NCBI GenBank assembly: GCA_027031765.1
Contig: JALVPN010000076.1
Location: forward strand, 1-5,471
Direction: 5' to 3'
DNA from: Promethearchaeota archaeon
GTDB lineage: Archaea > Asgardarchaeota > Thorarchaeia > Thorarchaeales > Thorarchaeaceae
Length of the DNA: 5,471 nucleotides
Shown: positions 1 to 3,409 of the stretch, in pieces
Layout of the letters: each line of letters begins with the position of its first letter
How positions within the stretch are numbered: position 1 is the first letter of the stretch
The notes under the pieces: generated by a model
Told to the model about the DNA's origin: nothing
Database searches by the model: none
Seen by the model: only the letters and a program-made list of their open reading frames with translations
Position numbers and translations under genes: made by a program

Positions 1-432
1 CCGGAAGGAGCCGTACATCTCGGTGATGCTCTGGGTCTCAATGCCACCCCCAAAGAGTTCGTCCAGGGCCTTCGAGCCGGTGGAAATCCTCCCGGCGCTG
101 CGACGCCGTTCAAGGAGCAGGTCTGCGGTCTCAAAGCCGATGTCCAACATGTCGCGTGCGGCTTTTATGATCTTGGTAGCGGTGGTCTCACCGATTGAAC
201 CTGCTGCCGCAAGTTCTGTGGGTGAAGCGACTGCAATGGCCTCCACGCTCCGGTAGCCGGCCTCTGCAAGTCGTTTGCCGATTGCGGGCCCGACACCGGG
301 AAGGTCTGTGACCCGGTAGCCTGACAGCCCTTCGCCGCCGAGTTCTGCCTCGCTCTCTGATGGTTCCGCCTCTTCAAACTCTTCATAGTCTTCAGCCACG
401 GCGTCATCATCCTCTACATTCTTTGCCTGTAT
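1..432 (-). CDS. radA: DNA repair and recombination protein RadA (RecA/Rad51 family), 5' part; continues beyond the left edge
   Basis: Manual translation of the minus frame (codons ending at positions 1 mod 3) gives ...[138 protein letters not shown]. It contains the RadA/Rad51 N-terminal HhH domain, the FxxA polymerisation motif (FETA, 124-135), the [18 protein letters not shown] motif and the start of Walker A. An in-frame stop lies just upstream; the start is ATA at 432 (behind an RBS) or GTG at 399. Absent from the ORF track. Confidence 0.96.
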   Translation of the reverse strand, partial: MQAKNVEDDDAVAEDYEEFEEAEPSESEAELGGEGLSGYRVTDLPGVGPAIGKRLAEAGYRSVEAIAVASPTELAAAGSIGETTATKIIKAARDMLDIGFETADLLLERRRSAGRISTGSKALDELFGGGIETQSITEMYGSFR

Positions 433-437
433 ATGAG

Positions 438-446
438 TGACCTCCC
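438..446 (-). promoter_or_regulatory. Putative ribosome-binding site for radA (GGGAGGTCA)
   Basis: Minus strand reads GGGAGGTCA-CTCAT-ATA; close to the archaeal consensus GGAGGTGA, with a 5-nt spacer before the in-frame ATA at 432. Confidence 0.6.
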
Positions 447-468
447 AGCGGCCCTACCCTGCGAACGG

Positions 469-476
469 ATATTAAT
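469..476 (-). promoter_or_regulatory. Putative TATA box for radA
   Basis: ATTAATAT on the minus strand, a rare AT-only run in a GC-rich region, about 25-30 nt upstream of the RBS. Confidence 0.45.
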
Positions 477-505
477 GCTAAGCTCGCCGCAGTCGAGTTA
501 ATCCC

Positions 506-710
506 TTCAGACGTCCCATCGGACAACAGTGCCACCCGGCCGCACAACGACGCCGCACCCGCGGACTGCCGTGGTACGGGCGGCCACCGCTCAACATGCA
601 CCACCCGAGTGCCACGGACAGGTCCCACAGGTCGTACCTGAGAGGGGAGTCCGAAAAGTGCCGGTGCTCCGGATAACGAGAAACTGCGGCCTACGGGAAT
701 GGGAGGTGAA
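506..710. ncRNA. Candidate structured RNA or structured UTR of unknown family
   Basis: Nested complementary segments found by eye: 506-509/707-710, 514-519/699-704, 538-544/685-691, 555-558/658-661, 562-567/648-653, 569-574/612-617, and a hairpin at 628-640. No convincing protein in any frame. No match to SRP, RNase P, 5S or tRNA signatures. Confidence 0.3.
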
Positions 711-732
711 TGGTTGTACGCAGTGCCGTACA

Positions 733-1035
733 TCACTCAGTGCGGGTGAGGGTGACCAGGATGAACTCGCTCTGTGGGGCAATCCGTATGCCACCCCGGG
801 TGGTCTGGATCTGGATGAACTGCATCTCGCCGCCTTCCTTGACCTGACTTATGACCTCCTTCGTCTTCCCAATCAGTGCGCTAAGGAGGGCGGAGATCTC
901 CTCAGCCCGCTCCATGGATACCCCGTAGCTGTTTATGGTGAACCCCTCGGGACTGATGAACAGTGCTGCATAGACGTCGGGGAACTTGCTGGTGATGTTC
1001 CGAATGGTCTCCTCGAATATCTCACGCTTCGGCAT
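733..1035 (-). CDS. Roadblock/LC7 (LAMTOR2-like / MglB-like) domain protein
   Basis: 100-aa product MPKREIFEETIRNITSKFPDVYAALFISPEGFTINSYGVSMERAEEISALLSALIGKTKEVISQVKEGGEMQFIQIQTTRGGIRIAPQSEFILVTLTRTE has the helix-strand-strand-helix-three-strand roadblock pattern (AALFISPEG, EEISALLSAL, C-terminal strands). The ORF track start at 1071 (GTG) adds 12 residues; ATG at 1035 is preferred. Confidence 0.88.
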   Translation of the reverse strand: MPKREIFEETIRNITSKFPDVYAALFISPEGFTINSYGVSMERAEEISALLSALIGKTKEVISQVKEGGEMQFIQIQTTRGGIRIAPQSEFILVTLTRTE

Positions 1036-1202
1036 CGTGGGCACGGTGAACACGTCCAGATGGGGTTTCACATCCCGTTTACAGTGTTAGGTGGCGAACA
1101 CCACAAGAAAAGGTTTGTCATTACGTATTTGGGTGTACCCGAGCCTGGTGATGCGGTATGCGACAGCCTGCGGGCCCGTAGAGGACAGGTCGGACCACTG
1201 GG

Positions 1203-1216
1203 GAAAAGTTGAATAG
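1203..1216 (+). promoter_or_regulatory. Putative BRE/TATA promoter for the PAP2-like gene
   Basis: GAAAAG followed by TTGAATAG about 25-30 nt upstream of GTG 1241, which would fit a leaderless or short-leader transcript. Lies in the divergent intergenic region 1036-1240. Confidence 0.35.
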
Positions 1217-1240
1217 TCCCACAACCGGGTCGACCGAGGC

Positions 1241-1879
1241 GTGGCAGATATGAGGTATGGGGATGCAGACCTGGAGGAGAGCGGCTGGCGGGTCACAGCT
1301 GCGCGGTTCATCTCCAGACTGACACCAGCCCCCCTTGTGAACCTCTATGTCGGGGCACTCATGGCCTTCAGTAGGCCAGACCTGCTGGGGCCGACACTCA
1401 CTGTCTGGTCGGCACTGGCCGTGTGTCTGGTGTTCATGGTCGTGGTCCCGGTGCTACCAATTCTCTGGCACGCCCGGCGCGGCCTCATCGACCTGGACGT
1501 CTCACGCAGGGAAACACGCCCGAAGTTCTTTCTCTTCGCCATCGCGTCCTACGCGTGTGCAGCACTGCTCTATGCCCTGACCGCATGCCACATCATGTTT
1601 GTCCTTGCCGTGGCGTACATCTTCGTCACGCTGGGCGTCCTTGCAGCAAACTCCGTGTCCAAGGTCTCGGTCCACTGCGCAGGGGTGAGTGGCCCCGGGA
1701 CCGCCTTGGTCTGCGTCTTTGGCGCCCCAGCCCTGTGGGTAGTGCTGTTGTGGGCCGTAGTGCTCTGGGCCCGCAACACCCTGCGACAGCATACATTTGT
1801 AGAGACCATTGCAGGACTGCTGATTGGTATGCTGGTGACCCTGCCCGTGTACGTGTTGCTCAATGGGTGTGGGGTCTAG
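1241..1879 (+). CDS. PAP2 / phosphatidic-acid-phosphatase superfamily integral membrane protein (divergent)
   Basis: About six hydrophobic segments; motifs DVSRRETRP (C1-like, x-x6-RP), KVSVH (C2, SxH) and WARNTLRQHTFVE (C3, R-x5-H-x3-E) followed by AGLLIG. The start may be GTG 1241 or ATG 1250. Confidence 0.75.
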   Translation: MADMRYGDADLEESGWRVTAARFISRLTPAPLVNLYVGALMAFSRPDLLGPTLTVWSALAVCLVFMVVVPVLPILWHARRGLIDLDVSRRETRPKFFLFAIASYACAALLYALTACHIMFVLAVAYIFVTLGVLAANSVSKVSVHCAGVSGPGTALVCVFGAPALWVVLLWAVVLWARNTLRQHTFVETIAGLLIGMLVTLPVYVLLNGCGV

Positions 1880-2080
1880 ACACCAGCACTGGCGCGATGG
1901 GGTGCATCCACACAATCCTTATGAAAACGCACGACGACTACCATACTGTAGAGAGACGAAGGCTGCAATGATGTGGCCGGCTCCGGATGACACTTCCCCG
2001 ATCCTGTCCGACATGTCCATTGCACGCACAGACGGAACGACCAATGAGAGGACTGTAGACCAGTGACAGCACCAGAACAC

Positions 2081-2090
2081 AGGAGCGTGA
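2081..2090 (+). promoter_or_regulatory. Putative ribosome-binding site (AGGAGCGTGA) for the Zn-ribbon/helical-repeat gene
   Basis: Purine-rich SD-like sequence 5 nt upstream of ATG 2096. Confidence 0.5.
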
Positions 2091-2095
2091 CGCCC

Positions 2096-3310
2096 ATGAG
2101 TGATAAGACTGTGTGTCCAAAGTGCGGAAAAGCAGTGGCCAGAGGGTCGACTTTCTGTATCAACTGTGGGAGCAGGATACCGACAGACCAGATACCGCTG
2201 ACCGAAGACCATGCACCTGATACTGCCGAAGAGGCCGACGTGACGCTGCCAGATGTAGACGAGACACTCCCATTGGAGGGACACCCTGGGCTCCCAGAAG
2301 ATGTGCTGCCCGACCTCGAAGAGTGGCACGGGCTATCAGCTGACGCGTCCGAGACAGGAACCGGGACACCAGCGGTTGGTACAGGTGAAACGGCACCTCT
2401 GCCATCAGCGGAGGGACAGACGCACGGTGCCCCCGATGAGGACCTGAGCGCCCTCTCGTGGGACGAGGGTACCATCAGGGAAGTCCCCAGTGACATGGTG
2501 AGAGAGGGCGACCCGTTCGTCGAGGTCGAGCCACCAAGAGTATTGGAGGAGGACACTGTGGCCGTGGCCCCAACGGGCGACCTTGAGTGGGAGGAGAGTG
2601 CTGTCACTGCCGAGGCGCTAGGGGATACGGTCGCCGTGGAAGCTGCTATGAGCCACCTCTTCCCAGAAGAGAGCAGACCCTCGCCGGACTTTATTGAGCG
2701 GATTGTGGGACGGGCACGCAAGATAGAGATAAGGGACAGGACCGCCGTGACAAGGGCACCGGTGTGCCCGAGCTGCGGGGCGGACCTGACAGAGGACGGG
2801 TTCACGTACCCACCATATGTGTTCGAGGCAATGGGACGTGCAAGAGTGGAAGAGGGCGAGCGGCGACTGGAGAACGACGACTATGAGAGAGCAATCGAGG
2901 AGTTCGAGAAGGCGAGGCTCCTGTACGAGAAGGCAGGGGATGAGAGGCTCGTCCAGGAGGCGGCGAGGCTTGTTGACAGGGCCTACGAGGAGGTGGCCGC
3001 GTCATACTTCGAACAGGGAGAGAGACATCTGAGGGAGCACGAGTTCGAGTGGGCCATCGTCCAGTTCAAGAAGGCAAGAGAACACTACATGCTGACGTCG
3101 GACGCCAAGAAGCGTGCGAAGTGTGCTGAGAAGGTACGCGAGTGTTATGAGGAGTGGGGCAAGGTCTTGGAGGCAGAGGGTGACCAGCTCGCCAAGAGCG
3201 GCCGCACACGGGCAGCCCTTGAACGCTACCGCCAGGCCGCGGAGAAGTACAGGCTGGCAGAGGCCGACAAGCGGCGGAGAGGACTGGAGAAGAAGATCCG
3301 CAAGATATGA
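2096..3310 (+). CDS. Zinc-ribbon, acidic linker and TPR-like helical-repeat protein (hypothetical)
   Basis: 404 aa from ATG 2096 (ORF track starts at GTG 2063). N-terminal CPKCG-x9-CINCG zinc ribbon (2114-2167), D/E/P/T-rich disordered linker, second CPSCG knuckle (from 2765), and three TPR-like repeats with glycines at 2855, 3017 and 3179. Confidence 0.85.
   Translation: MSDKTVCPKCGKAVARGSTFCINCGSRIPTDQIPLTEDHAPDTAEEADVTLPDVDETLPLEGHPGLPEDVLPDLEEWHGLSADASETGTGTPAVGTGETAPLPSAEGQTHGAPDEDLSALSWDEGTIREVPSDMVREGDPFVEVEPPRVLEEDTVAVAPTGDLEWEESAVTAEALGDTVAVEAAMSHLFPEESRPSPDFIERIVGRARKIEIRDRTAVTRAPVCPSCGADLTEDGFTYPPYVFEAMGRARVEEGERRLENDDYERAIEEFEKARLLYEKAGDERLVQEAARLVDRAYEEVAASYFEQGERHLREHEFEWAIVQFKKAREHYMLTSDAKKRAKCAEKVRECYEEWGKVLEAEGDQLAKSGRTRAALERYRQAAEKYRLAEADKRRRGLEKKIRKI
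2855..3307 (+). repeat. Three tandem 54-codon (162-nt) protein repeats, TPR-like
   Basis: Conserved G1, A13, F/Y17, A20 and Y24 in all three units and YEE at positions 44-46 in the first two; unit starts at 2855, 3017 and 3179; the third unit is truncated by the stop codon. Confidence 0.75.
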
Positions 3311-3371
3311 CACGACATAACACTACGTGACGTGTCCTAACACGGTGTTGCGTGGTGTGGTCCGGTCTGGT

Positions 3372-3389
3372 ACAGCAACAGTGTGCTGT
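3372..3389. terminator. Possible stem-loop between convergent genes
   Basis: ACAGCA-acagtg-TGCTGT, a 6-bp stem in the 99-nt gap between convergent stops at 3310 and 3410. A second stem, GACACG (3309-3314) / CGTGTC (3331-3336), and the inverted repeat AACAC-G-GTGTT (3339-3349) are nearby. No oligo-T tract. Confidence 0.25.
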
Positions 3390-3409
3390 CCGAGAACCCC
3401 CAGCGTGGC

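Noticed and set aside
616-693. RNase P or SRP RNA identity for the structured region (GGACAGGTCC and GAGAAACTGCGGCCTA resemble RNase P conserved regions)
   Set aside because: The two segments are only about 60 nt apart and do not form a canonical P4; no SRP helix 8 motif on either strand.
694-735. Selenocysteine read-through of the roadblock TGA (followed by TGT) using the downstream structure as a SECIS
   Set aside because: No AUGA/GA core on the minus strand in 481-732, the extension would be only 14 unremarkable residues, and roadblock proteins are not known selenoproteins.
407-736. 109-aa minus-strand ORF whose ATG overlaps the roadblock stop (TGATG)
   Set aside because: P/G/R/S-rich with no domain signature, and it runs over the radA promoter, RBS and first codons; the overlap alone is weak evidence.
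591-794. Minus-strand ORF ending in CGTCPWHSGGAC, reminiscent of an Fe-S or SPASM motif
   Set aside because: Overlaps the roadblock 3' end in another frame, has no RBS and is too short to support the fold.
529-1212. 227-aa plus-strand ORF
   Set aside because: Antisense shadow of the roadblock gene with no recognisable motif.
1876-2805. 309-aa Ser-rich minus-strand ORF
   Set aside because: Antisense shadow of the acidic Zn-ribbon gene; Ser richness follows from reverse-complementing Glu/Asp codons.
2807-2818. YPPY as a WW-domain PY ligand
   Set aside because: Does not fit PPxY spacing.
1081-3346. CCTAACAC(T/G)GT present at 1081-1091 (minus) and 3336-3346 (plus)
   Set aside because: A 10 of 11 match is expected by chance among this much intergenic sequence.
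3311-3409. CRISPR-like or mobile-element repeats in intergenic regions
   Set aside because: Only short isolated inverted repeats; no regularly spaced direct repeats, terminal inverted repeats with target duplications or transposase.
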